A stretch of 18,590 bases of DNA from an uncultured bacterium (GCA_964619725.1 CAZUFC010000149.1:1-18590); one strand, 5' to 3'; shown: positions 6,775 through 15,551, counted from the stretch's first letter. The notes: generated by a model not told the origin, from the sequence alone. Made by a program: numbers and translations.

Positions 6775-8433
6775 TTATTCAATAGCGTAATAACGCACGC
6801 CCTTGTAGTCCAGTTTTAAATCCAGGAAATCCAACTCTTCCACGACATCGTAGAACATTTCGGGGTCTCCCGGCGTCAGGCAAATCCCTTTTAAATCATA
6901 TCGCGACATCAGTTGTTTAATTCCCGGGGCTCCGTTGACAGGAAAGATAACGGCCGGGCAGCCCGTAAAATAGCGAAAGGCGAACGGTTCCCTGCAGGCT
7001 GTGATCTGGTCTTTTGAGATCAGTTTTTCCAACCTGCGCTGTATGCCGGGCGAATCGTAAATCGTTCGATTTCTTGGATCGTAATGCGTCTGCAATATGA
7101 AACCGATTGAGAGAATCAAGCTAACGGCGACGGCGGAACGGCAGACCAGGTTTTCATTTTTCATCGCTTTCCGACTGGGAAAACGGCGACTTACTTCAAC
7201 GCCGATTTTAAACCAGCCGTACAAGGCTATGCTCCACATGAAGAACATAATTCCTCCATTTGACCTGAGGCACGTTCCGTATTCGACGAAAGAGGGAGCG
7301 GCAAGACATATTGATGCGCTGTAAAGCATGAAAGCCATGAGGAAAGGTTGGACGGTCCGTTTTTTTCTCAGTTGAAACATTCCGGCGATGAATCCGGGTA
7401 CGCCCCAGAATTGCAGCAGGAATCCGTAAAACAGAATAATTTTAAACAGGGCGGCTATTCTAACCGCGACCAGGTCCGGCAGGTCTGAGGGCCGGATATC
7501 GTTGAATGAAAGATCAGCGGTTCCGGGGTCATATATCTGGGAATATTCGGTGATGAGAAAGACGCGCGTAATGGTCTGCAGTTTTTTCGGCAGCTCGAAG
7601 GGATGAGACATTTGATTTTTTGGAGAGGATTCGTGGAGATTCCCAATTTCTGAAACATTTGAGGTAATTTCCGGCGATGCACGGCGCTGCCGGACTGTGG
7701 GCGAAGGCGGGGTTTTTATGTTTAAAAATGCGGCCAGGGGAACATGTATGCAAAGGCCGGCGGCCAGAAAGCCGGTAATCGTTCTATTCCATTTCAATTG
7801 TTTTTTGCGGCTCAATACTGTGCCGTAGAGGAGCGAACAGAGGACAAAGACCCAGCCGTCAGTCCTGACGGTTGTCGTCAGGAAAGCGAAGAGGCAACCG
7901 AGGAAAAAATGGCGGGACTGTTTTATTTCCAGGGAAGCCGTTTTCGCCAGATAATAGAGGGAGAGTGCAGAAAAGAGGGCGAAAGGAGCATATGTTTCAG
8001 GAAGGGTAAAGAAAACCGCATAAGCTCCGCCGAACGCAGTCATCCAGGCGACGGCGGCATGTATCGAAGCATGCTTAGGAAACAGAAGCCTTGCAATTTT
8101 ATACGCTGTCAGGGGAAAAAGACACGAGATAAGGATAAAAGGCAGTTGAGCGACCCTGAATCCGAACCCGAAAATTCGAAATGACGTAAAGGCCGCCAGG
8201 GAACTGAAAGGACGCCAGTATCTGAAGGCATAAAACGGGATGGATTCGGGCAGGTCAATATAGTTCCACACTACATCAGAGTAGAAAAATTCATCCGCCA
8301 CGCCGCTCCAACCCGTTAAAACGTGAAAATAACCGTCAAAATCAGTGGGATAATCGACCGTCCAGGCGGAAAAAAACCGGAATGACAAACAGAACAGCGT
8401 GACGATCAACAGTCGCCCGGTTTTACGATTCAT
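6775..8433 (-). CDS. Polytopic membrane protein, probable GT-C (ArnT/PMT-like) glycosyltransferase
   Basis: TM1 followed by acidic DFDGYF loop, YWRP, PET and VRTDG motifs typical of GT-C proteins; multiple TM segments; soluble C-terminal domain. Confidence 0.72.
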   Translation of the reverse strand: MNRKTGRLLIVTLFCLSFRFFSAWTVDYPTDFDGYFHVLTGWSGVADEFFYSDVVWNYIDLPESIPFYAFRYWRPFSSLAAFTSFRIFGFGFRVAQLPFILISCLFPLTAYKIARLLFPKHASIHAAVAWMTAFGGAYAVFFTLPETYAPFALFSALSLYYLAKTASLEIKQSRHFFLGCLFAFLTTTVRTDGWVFVLCSLLYGTVLSRKKQLKWNRTITGFLAAGLCIHVPLAAFLNIKTPPSPTVRQRRASPEITSNVSEIGNLHESSPKNQMSHPFELPKKLQTITRVFLITEYSQIYDPGTADLSFNDIRPSDLPDLVAVRIAALFKIILFYGFLLQFWGVPGFIAGMFQLRKKRTVQPFLMAFMLYSASICLAAPSFVEYGTCLRSNGGIMFFMWSIALYGWFKIGVEVSRRFPSRKAMKNENLVCRSAVAVSLILSIGFILQTHYDPRNRTIYDSPGIQRRLEKLISKDQITACREPFAFRYFTGCPAVIFPVNGAPGIKQLMSRYDLKGICLTPGDPEMFYDVVEELDFLDLKLDYKGVRYYAIE

Positions 8434-8514
8434 AAAAATATTCCTTCATTGATCATGGTTCTGTTGCAATTAATCTTCTGCCCGGCGACAATCAGAGAAG
8501 ACAATTTTTAGACT

Positions 8515-8543
8515 TTGACATTTTTTCGAACAGGTTTTATACT
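8515..8543 (+). promoter_or_regulatory. sigma70-type promoter
   Basis: TTGACA (8515-8520), 17-nt spacer, TATACT (8538-8543); RBS AAGGAG at 8565-8570. Confidence 0.8.
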
Positions 8544-8578
8544 TCCTTGCCGCTATGCGTGCGAAAGGAGACTTTATC

Positions 8579-9535
8579 ATGATGAAAAATTTTTTAACAG
8601 GCGCTATGGCAATAATTTTTATGGCTTCAGTCGCTTCAGGAGCAAATTTTGAAATTTCAGAGAAAATGGCCGATCAGGAGTTTCGTTGGATAGAAAACAA
8701 CGGAGTGTATCATATTTCATCGCCTTCCAGTTACATTCAAGGCGTCTATGAGGGAAGATTTGCGGATGAAAAGTTGAAGAAAATGACGAAAGAACTTTTG
8801 GAAGACGGTGTTTTCAACGATGAGGATTACCAGAAAGTCATCAAAGAATTCCGTTCGATGTGGAACCCTGATTCTTTAACCATTCTTCCTGAGCTGGACA
8901 ATGAAGAGAAAGTAAAAGAAGCCTCGACCGAATTCGTCGAAGAATTTAAAAAGAGTGCGGAAAAAGAAAAAGGATCGATAGAAGGCGTTGCCATTCGTAT
9001 GAAAAAATTGAGCGGAGAATATCTTATTCCCAAGTTGAAGGATTTCATCATTGCGGTTCCTGCTGATCCTGAAATATTATATTCCATCAAACAGAGGGAC
9101 TTTGAAAAAGAAAAGAAAAGAATTCAGGATGAATTAGTCGAAATATTGAAAAATCGCATTGCTGAAGGCGAAAAAGAGTTGAAGAAAGAATTAAAAATAA
9201 TAGAAAACACCGGAGCGATTCCGCCTGACAGCAAAGCAGCCGAAATAAAAAAACAGATGATGTTTCAATACAGCCTTTCCGGGGAGCTCGAAAATTTCAA
9301 CGAAGAACAAGTCATAGCGGACTATATTGAAAAAGGAGCTTTGGCTGATTATGTGAAAAGAATTACGCCGACGAGCAAAAGCAGTTACTCGGAAAAGGAG
9401 ATGCCGGCTGGACGCTGGATCATTTATTACGACCAGGATTTCATGTCTTATTTGTATGTCATTGAGATCAAACCTGGCGAGAAAACAACTTTAAATCTGT
9501 TCCGCATATTCGACCATACAAGGCCGACAAACTAG
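8579..9535 (+). CDS. Exported hypothetical protein
   Basis: Long ORF; RBS 8 nt before ATG 8579; signal-peptide-like MMKNFLTGAMAIIFMASVASGA; E/K-rich helical segments. Confidence 0.8.
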   Translation: MMKNFLTGAMAIIFMASVASGANFEISEKMADQEFRWIENNGVYHISSPSSYIQGVYEGRFADEKLKKMTKELLEDGVFNDEDYQKVIKEFRSMWNPDSLTILPELDNEEKVKEASTEFVEEFKKSAEKEKGSIEGVAIRMKKLSGEYLIPKLKDFIIAVPADPEILYSIKQRDFEKEKKRIQDELVEILKNRIAEGEKELKKELKIIENTGAIPPDSKAAEIKKQMMFQYSLSGELENFNEEQVIADYIEKGALADYVKRITPTSKSSYSEKEMPAGRWIIYYDQDFMSYLYVIEIKPGEKTTLNLFRIFDHTRPTN

Positions 9536-9598
9536 CTCCTTTCGATTAACAGTCATTTTACGGAATGCAGGAAAGGCGACGCGACAGCCGAAGCGGAG

Positions 9599-9704
9599 AG
9601 GCTCAATTTCCCTCGATTAAAGAAGCCTTGAATAACAGGAGGCACCGGGACTAATCTTCCGGTATTCAGTCACTTTAAGAGGGAGGAATATCGGGCTTGT
9701 TTTT
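9599..9704 (+). other. Long imperfect hairpin followed by T-tract (candidate structured RNA or terminator)
   Basis: Five nested stems paired by hand, several G-U pairs favouring the + strand, followed by TTGTTTTT. Confidence 0.5.
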
Positions 9705-9809
9705 AGTCATTTCGAGTAATTTATCGTCAGCGTAAACGAATTTTTTCGGCGGATTAAGAATGAGGATGTGCGGTTTTCATTTCTTTACGTCATTCAATAA
9801 GGCGGTGTG

Positions 9810-10961
9810 ATGAAAATAGGTCTGGATGCATCCTGTTTGCTGAAGAATCGGACCGGCGTAGCCAATTACACCCTCCATCTTTTAAACGGATTGAGCCGCA
9901 TAGACGAAAAGAATGAATATTTTTTGTGGCTCAATGCGTTGAAAGGCGACGTTCCTGTTGAGGAGTATCTTGAGAATCCATTGTTTCGGCAGATCAGGAC
10001 CAGGCTGCCCGGCAGAGCGCTTCTGAGATTATGGGAATATTTCCGTTTTCCGAAAGTGGAGACTTTAATGAGGGTGAACCCGGATATATTCCATTCGCCT
10101 AATTTTTTTTATCAGCGGGTCGGCAGCGCCTGTAAAACGGCCACTGTGCATGACCTTTTCTTTATAAAGCATCCGGAATACTGTGAGAAATACGGCGGAC
10201 AATACTTCAGCAGGGTCTTTGAAAAACGCGTTGATGAGCTTGACGGCATAATAGCCGTAAGCGAGCGCACTAAAAGCGACCTCTTGAATTGGCGGTCGCT
10301 GAAGAACGTTAAAATACAAGTTATCCGGGAAGCTGCCGATCCGGAAGTCAAGGCTTTTGCTGACAGTTTAAAACCTGATGACCTAAGAAAAATTATTGAT
10401 TCCTACGGGTTGCTTGACAAGCGTTTTGTCATTTCTGTGGGAACTTTGGAACCCCGAAAAAATTACGGTTTCATGTTGAGCGCTTATGAAACCTGGATGA
10501 AGAGAATCGATAATCCTCCCCTCCTGGTCATTGCAGGCGGACGGGGCTGGGAAAGCGATCAATTGCGGGAAATAATCAGGAACAAATCACTCCGAAACCG
10601 CGTTAAACTGCTCGGTTATGTGCCAGTCAAACACATTGCCGCCCTCTATAAAAATGCAGAATTCTTCCTGACCTCCTCCCTGTACGAGGGGTTCGGACTT
10701 CCCATTCTCGAAGCCATGTCCCTGGGAACTCCGGTTATAGTCCCCGATTGTTCCGTATTTCCTGAAACCGCCGGTTATGCGGCCTTGTTTTACGAATCGC
10801 AGAATAAAGAAGACCTGGTGGACAAAATGCATGAAATGACAATAAACGAGGAATTAAGAAGAAAATATGCGCTGGCCGGATTGAAACGCAGTTCGGAATT
10901 TTGCTGGCGAAAAACTGCAGAAGAAACCATACAATTTTTTGAAAATTGGCAACCAAATTGA
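9810..10961 (+). CDS. Glycosyltransferase family 4 (MtfB/WbpY-like)
   Basis: MKIGLDAS...TGVANY, TVHDL, IIAVSERT, VGTLEPRKN, SLYEGFGLPILEAM (EX7E). Confidence 0.95.
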   Translation: MKIGLDASCLLKNRTGVANYTLHLLNGLSRIDEKNEYFLWLNALKGDVPVEEYLENPLFRQIRTRLPGRALLRLWEYFRFPKVETLMRVNPDIFHSPNFFYQRVGSACKTATVHDLFFIKHPEYCEKYGGQYFSRVFEKRVDELDGIIAVSERTKSDLLNWRSLKNVKIQVIREAADPEVKAFADSLKPDDLRKIIDSYGLLDKRFVISVGTLEPRKNYGFMLSAYETWMKRIDNPPLLVIAGGRGWESDQLREIIRNKSLRNRVKLLGYVPVKHIAALYKNAEFFLTSSLYEGFGLPILEAMSLGTPVIVPDCSVFPETAGYAALFYESQNKEDLVDKMHEMTINEELRRKYALAGLKRSSEFCWRKTAEETIQFFENWQPN

Positions 10962-12070
10962 AGGTAATGTTCGACGGCCGCTGCATTACGGCCAGAAGCT
11001 CAGGAGTCGGACGTCATGCGTCGAGTCTCTTTTCGGCTTTAATAAGGACGCCTGATGCCGATATGGATATACTCCTTTTAAAAACAAAAGAGACAGCCCA
11101 GGCATTCGACGTTCCCGTTAAGGATAGGCTGCTTGCGCCGTTTACCCTGGAAAGTCATCCTCTTGGCGATTTATGGCTGCAGACCGTATTGCCGATGAAG
11201 CTCAGGTTGAACAGTATTGATGTATTTCATTCGCCGGCTTTTCACCTGCCTCTGACCGGACTGGGAAGTAAAAAAATAACCACTCTTCATGATCTGGCAG
11301 TTTTCAGATTCCCGGAAACGTTCCCCTTTAAATTCAGTTTTTACCTTCGGCGTATAATCTGCGCGGCAGTAAAGAGCGCCGACGCAATTATAGCCGTTTC
11401 CCGGTTTACGGCTGATGAAATAATGGAATTGTTCGAGATACCTGCAGAACGAATTCATGTTATCCAGAATGCGCCGGACGGCATATTCTCGAAATACAAA
11501 GATAATAAGGGATCAGGGGAGCTGATGCGGAAACATAAACTTCGGCAGGGATATTTTCTTTATGTGGGCAATCTTGAGCCCCGCAAGAACCTGGATGGGC
11601 TTTTTAAAGCATTTACGGCGCTTCCTTCGGATGTGAAAAAGGAGCATCCTCTGGTTATCGCCGGCGAACGGGCCTGGCTTTGGAAGAAAACATTAAGCAG
11701 CGTACCGGATGAATATGTTCATTTCACGGGATATATTGAACAGGAACAGTTGCCTGCGCTTTATTCGCATGCCGGATGCCTGGTCTATCCCTCGATTTAC
11801 GAAGGATTCGGCCTCCCCATACTGGAAGCCATGGCCTGCGGTTGTCCGGTAATCGCTTCAGACATACCCAGCAGCAGGCAAACGGGACGCGATGCGGCGA
11901 AATATGTGAATCCGCACGATCACCGGGAATTAGCCGCATCCATGCGTTTTCTGATCCAAAACCGGCAATTGCAGAAAGAGATGCAGGAAAAGGGCAGCGC
12001 CAGGGCTTCCGAATTCTCCTGGGAAGAATCTGCGGCTCAGACTGTTCAGCTCTACAAAGCGACGGCGTAA
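10946..12070 (+). CDS. Glycosyltransferase family 4 (MtfB/WbpY-like)
   Basis: FDGR...SGVGRH, TLHDL, IIAVSRFT, VGNLEPRKN, SIYEGFGLPILEAMACGCPVI; overlaps previous gene. Confidence 0.95.
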   Translation: MATKLKVMFDGRCITARSSGVGRHASSLFSALIRTPDADMDILLLKTKETAQAFDVPVKDRLLAPFTLESHPLGDLWLQTVLPMKLRLNSIDVFHSPAFHLPLTGLGSKKITTLHDLAVFRFPETFPFKFSFYLRRIICAAVKSADAIIAVSRFTADEIMELFEIPAERIHVIQNAPDGIFSKYKDNKGSGELMRKHKLRQGYFLYVGNLEPRKNLDGLFKAFTALPSDVKKEHPLVIAGERAWLWKKTLSSVPDEYVHFTGYIEQEQLPALYSHAGCLVYPSIYEGFGLPILEAMACGCPVIASDIPSSRQTGRDAAKYVNPHDHRELAASMRFLIQNRQLQKEMQEKGSARASEFSWEESAAQTVQLYKATA

Positions 12071-12130
12071 TCCCGGCGGTCTGTTTTATGCGCTCGAATA
12101 TCCGGGCATCGTTTCTTTTCAAACGTTTTA

Positions 12131-12159
12131 TTGACAGAATAAGCAAATGAAATTATGAT
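12131..12159 (+). promoter_or_regulatory. sigma70-type promoter
   Basis: TTGACA (12131-12136), 17-nt spacer, TATGAT (12154-12159), 38 nt upstream of ATG 12198. Confidence 0.8.
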
Positions 12160-12197
12160 TAAAAAAGAGATTTCTTTAAATCAGCGGACGGTGCATT

Positions 12198-12602
12198 ATG
12201 AAAGAAATTACTCAGAAAAAACAGGGGGATGCAAACCCGGATATACTGATTGTTGATGACGACATATCAGTAGTGCGTTTGTTAAGAATTTCGCTGAAAA
12301 GGATAGGATATCACGTGAGGTCAGCATTAAACGGTATGGAAGCGCTGAAGGAAGTAAAAAACAGCAAGCCCGATGCGATCATCCTGGACGTTTTAATGCC
12401 CGAAGTCGACGGATTGTCGCTTTTGGAGAAATTCAAATCTGAGTCGCACACTGAGGACATTCCGGTAATACTTTTGACGGTCAGGAAGGATCAGAACGAC
12501 ATAAAGGCGGGATATGACCTGGGGGCTGATTATTACATAACCAAACCTTTTAAGGTGGAAAACATTATTGACACGGTCAGAAGGGCGACGGCCGACAGAT
12601 GA
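12198..12602 (+). CDS. Single-domain response regulator (receiver only)
   Basis: ILIVDDD, IILDVLMP (phospho-Asp), DG, VILLT, GADYYITKPF; no output domain. Confidence 0.95.
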   Translation: MKEITQKKQGDANPDILIVDDDISVVRLLRISLKRIGYHVRSALNGMEALKEVKNSKPDAIILDVLMPEVDGLSLLEKFKSESHTEDIPVILLTVRKDQNDIKAGYDLGADYYITKPFKVENIIDTVRRATADR

Positions 12603-12979
12603 AAAGATTAAAAGCGCTTGCGATTGATGATGCTTCAGATATGCTTTTTCTCATTTCGACCTCACTGAAAAACTGGGGGAATTGTGAAGTAACGACGACC
12701 GAGGACTGGGAGGAGGCGCTGGAGAAGGCGGAAACCGAGCAGCCGGATGTGATTCTTTCCGATCTGAATTTGCAGGACATTGACGGTTACGAATTATGTC
12801 GCCGCTTGAAGGAGAATCCCAGGACTTCCGGCATACCTGTAATTTTTCTTACGGCGCTGGACACGAAGAAGGTCAGAGAAAAGATATATGAAGCGGGAGC
12901 GGCGGGAATCATAGAGAAGCCGTTTGAACCTTTCAAATTATGCGATCAGATAAAGAATATCATATCAGACAAGAACTGA
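12599..12979 (+). CDS. Single-domain response regulator (receiver only)
   Basis: LAIDD, ILSDLNL, DGYELC, PVIFLTA, GIIEKPF; ATGA overlap with the previous gene. Confidence 0.95.
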   Translation: MKRLKALAIDDASDMLFLISTSLKNWGNCEVTTTEDWEEALEKAETEQPDVILSDLNLQDIDGYELCRRLKENPRTSGIPVIFLTALDTKKVREKIYEAGAAGIIEKPFEPFKLCDQIKNIISDKN

Positions 12980-13001
12980 AGAATAAGCGAACGGTTTTTT
13001 G

Positions 13002-13430
13002 ATGGGTAGAGTCTTAGGGTTGGATTTAGGAGAGCGTAGAATCGGTCTGGCGTGGTCTGACGAAAACCGTATTGTAGTGGTAGGCGGTATGGTGCTGACA
13101 CGCAAGGACCCTGCATCCGATATTGAAGTCATAAGGAAAAAAATTGAAGAACTGAATGTGACTGTGGTGGTATTAGGGAAGCCTCTGCATATGAGCGGCG
13201 AGTCAGGGGAGAAGGCGACGGAAGCGGAGGAATTCAAGAGGAGCCTGGAAGAGGGCGAGGGTGACCTGGAGATTGTTTTATGGGATGAGAGGTTGACGAC
13301 GGTTATGGCTGAACGTTCGTTGATTGAGAGCGGAATGCGACGGAGCAAGCGGAAAAAAGTGATAGATAAGGTAGCGGCATCCATAATACTGCAGAGCTGG
13401 CTGGATGCAGGACAGACGGACAATCCATGA
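13002..13430 (+). CDS. yqgF: Pre-16S rRNA nuclease / Holliday junction resolvase-like protein YqgF (RuvX)
   Basis: VLGLDLGERRIGLAWSD, VVLGKP, WDERLTT, DKVAASIILQSWLD. Confidence 0.95.
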   Translation: MGRVLGLDLGERRIGLAWSDENRIVVVGGMVLTRKDPASDIEVIRKKIEELNVTVVVLGKPLHMSGESGEKATEAEEFKRSLEEGEGDLEIVLWDERLTTVMAERSLIESGMRRSKRKKVIDKVAASIILQSWLDAGQTDNP

Positions 13431-14425
13431 AAAAAGGCGTAATATTATTCATCGTATTCTGGATATTGCTGTGGATAGCAGCCGTATCAGCGGCTTACTA
13501 CGTATGGTCGGAAATTTCAGCTCCTTCCTTTGAGACGGGTATCGAAAAGTCGATAACCGTGCCTCAGGGCTATACGGCGACCCAGGTAGCCGTGTTGCTG
13601 AAACAGGAAAATATTCTGAGCGATCCGCTGTTTTTTCAGATATTATGCCGGCTGCAGGAAAAAAACAGTTGCATCAAGGCGGGGACTTATGTTCTGTCGC
13701 CGACCATGAGTCCTCTGGAAATATACGATATTCTTTCATCAGGCAGGGAGCAGTTGTTTCCGATAACCATCCCGGAAGGATTGACTCGATTAGAAACTGC
13801 TGTGCATATTGAAGCCAAAGGGTTCGGAAGAGCTGAAAAGTACCTGGCGCACAGCGAAAACGGTAATTTCGGATTACCGGCTGAATTGACGGGAGGCTCA
13901 TTAGAGGGTTTTCTTTTCCCGGAAACTTATCTGCTCAATGATCAGGCTGATGAAGAAAAATTAATAGAAGTCCAGACGAAGCGGTTCATGGAAATTTATG
14001 ACGAGTTGTGGAGAAACAAGCCGGCTGATTATCCCTTGACCGCCCGGGAATGGGTTATAATGGCATCGCTTATTGAAGAGGAAGCGAAGCTGGATGAAGA
14101 ACGGTCGCTTATTTCAGCGGTATTTCACAATCGTCTGAAAAACAATATGAAGCTGCAATGCGATCCTACGGTAATTTATTCTCTGCCGCAGTTTGACGGG
14201 AATCTCAGGAAAAGGGACCTGGCCTTTGATTCGCCTTACAACACCTATGTATATCGAGGGTTGCCGCCCGGCCCCATAACCAATCCGGGAAAAGCTTCGC
14301 TCTATGCAGCCCTTTATCCCGACAACGTTTCCTATTTGTATTTCGTGGCGAAAAACGACGGCAGTCATCACTTTTCGACGACGTTAAGAGAACATCAGAA
14401 AGCGGTAAACAAGCATCAACGTTAA
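13427..14425 (+). CDS. mltG: Endolytic transglycosylase MltG (YceG)
   Basis: N-terminal TM, TIPEG, LEGFLFPETY, ASLIEEE, VFHNRL, LQCDPT, SPYNTY, GLPPGPITNPG, YLYFV; ATGA overlap with yqgF. Confidence 0.96.
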   Translation: MKKGVILFIVFWILLWIAAVSAAYYVWSEISAPSFETGIEKSITVPQGYTATQVAVLLKQENILSDPLFFQILCRLQEKNSCIKAGTYVLSPTMSPLEIYDILSSGREQLFPITIPEGLTRLETAVHIEAKGFGRAEKYLAHSENGNFGLPAELTGGSLEGFLFPETYLLNDQADEEKLIEVQTKRFMEIYDELWRNKPADYPLTAREWVIMASLIEEEAKLDEERSLISAVFHNRLKNNMKLQCDPTVIYSLPQFDGNLRKRDLAFDSPYNTYVYRGLPPGPITNPGKASLYAALYPDNVSYLYFVAKNDGSHHFSTTLREHQKAVNKHQR

Positions 14426-15298
14426 ATGAAATCGGTTAAATCTTATTTTCACCCATTCGATGTAATTTTTATGCTGCTGATCGTGCTTTTCAGCATCGGC
14501 ATCATCAGGCATAAAATGCGGGATGCTGCAGAGGTCCCGGAACACTTGTCGGAACATTCCGGGGAAAAAATCAGCATGCGGGTCCGGTTCAGAGATGTTC
14601 CTGAGGAGCTGGCGTCACAGATGGAAGCCGGCGATGCTTTCGTCGTTCAGGGAGAAAAGCTGGCAGTCATATCTGAGGTTAACCGGACCCCTGTTCGCAG
14701 ACCTCGATATGATATTGCCACAGGCGAGTGGGAAACTCTTGAGGATAACTTTTACAGTGACGTAACAGCGGAAATTGAGACTCCCGCCTGGATTGACCGG
14801 ACAGCAGGCTTCAAACTGGGGCAGACGATTGATTTTCAGACGGAAAAGATGCTGTTGCCCGCAAAAATCATAAGCATAGATGAGCCGGCGCAAGAAATGC
14901 CCGAAGCCGTTGGAAAATCGCTGCTGTTGATACTGAACTTCAAAAATGTGCCTGATTTTATCGTAACAAAATTGAAAAGCGGAACCTACGGAATCGGGAT
15001 ATCCGGGCATCTCGAAATCCTGGTTGAAGAAATCCTGAACAAAAGAGCCTCCGCAACCCGGAAGATATTGGCGCAAAGCGATATGTCGTCCCGACGCCAC
15101 GACGTATTGTCCGGCATGATGAATTTTTACGGCGACCGTTTTTTTAACGTCAAATTGCGCGTTCGAGCCTGGTTGAAAGAGAAGGATGGGAATTATTTCT
15201 ACCGAGACGAAAAAATATATCCGGGTAAAACATATAACTTTCATTTTCGCCGCTTCGATCTTCCGGGAAGGCTGATCGAGCTGGTGAAAACTTATTGA
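14426..15298 (+). CDS. Membrane-anchored protein with two repeated DUF4330-like beta domains
   Basis: N-terminal HPFD + TM helix; internal repeat RFRDVPEELASQMEAG / NFKNVPDFIVTKLKSG and FKLGQTIDFQT / IYPGKTYNFHF; starts immediately after the mltG stop. Confidence 0.65.
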   Translation: MKSVKSYFHPFDVIFMLLIVLFSIGIIRHKMRDAAEVPEHLSEHSGEKISMRVRFRDVPEELASQMEAGDAFVVQGEKLAVISEVNRTPVRRPRYDIATGEWETLEDNFYSDVTAEIETPAWIDRTAGFKLGQTIDFQTEKMLLPAKIISIDEPAQEMPEAVGKSLLLILNFKNVPDFIVTKLKSGTYGIGISGHLEILVEEILNKRASATRKILAQSDMSSRRHDVLSGMMNFYGDRFFNVKLRVRAWLKEKDGNYFYRDEKIYPGKTYNFHFRRFDLPGRLIELVKTY

Positions 15299-15339
15299 AT
15301 GACGACAGTTCTCTACTCCTGAGCGGAAGCGATTCATCA

Positions 15340-15443
15340 TTCACATCTCCTGACATTGACTGATAAAAAATTGTGAAATTTTTCATGAAAAAAAAACAGT
15401 CGATCAAAAAATTTAAAGTAGAACAAAGTCCCCCCGCTTGCGG
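15340..15443. repeat. Dispersed ~100-bp intergenic repeat, copy B
   Basis: About 80% identical to 98-198, same orientation. Confidence 0.9.
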
Positions 15444-15460
15444 GGGGATTTAGGGGGGCT
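15426..15460. repeat. REP-like GC-rich palindrome with G-rich tail
   Basis: AAGTCCCCCCGC-TT-GCGGGGGGATTT followed by AGGGGGGCT. Confidence 0.75.
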
Positions 15461-15551
15461 AAAAACTGCACAATTATCATGCCGAGTTGTAATACAAGAA
15501 AATATAATTATTTCAATAGGTTTTGACCTCATTGGCAAGAGTTCTGTCATT

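Noticed and set aside
9560..9620. Glycine or c-di-GMP-I riboswitch
   Set aside because: Only fragments (GGAAAG, GCCGAAG, GACGC) match; CTCAGG or GCAAAC/GCAAA elements are missing.
1734..9704. Integron cassette array with the intergenic rods as attC sites
   Set aside because: No RYYYAAC/GTTRRRY core sites at rod ends and no integrase.
9599..9704. SRP (4.5S) or 6S RNA
   Set aside because: No GNRA-capped domain IV with CAGG/AGCA symmetric loop; too short and no central bubble for 6S.
12088..12120. Intrinsic terminator after the GT4 pair
   Set aside because: Stem is short and imperfect; plausible but not supportable.
14615..15340. Long antisense ORFs (241 aa here; also 1957-2589, 17891-18394 and others)
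   Set aside because: Shadow frames opposite well-supported genes, with no motifs.
15438..15551. N-terminal extension of the O-antigen ligase
   Set aside because: Begins inside the palindromic repeat and crosses AT-rich promoter-like DNA.
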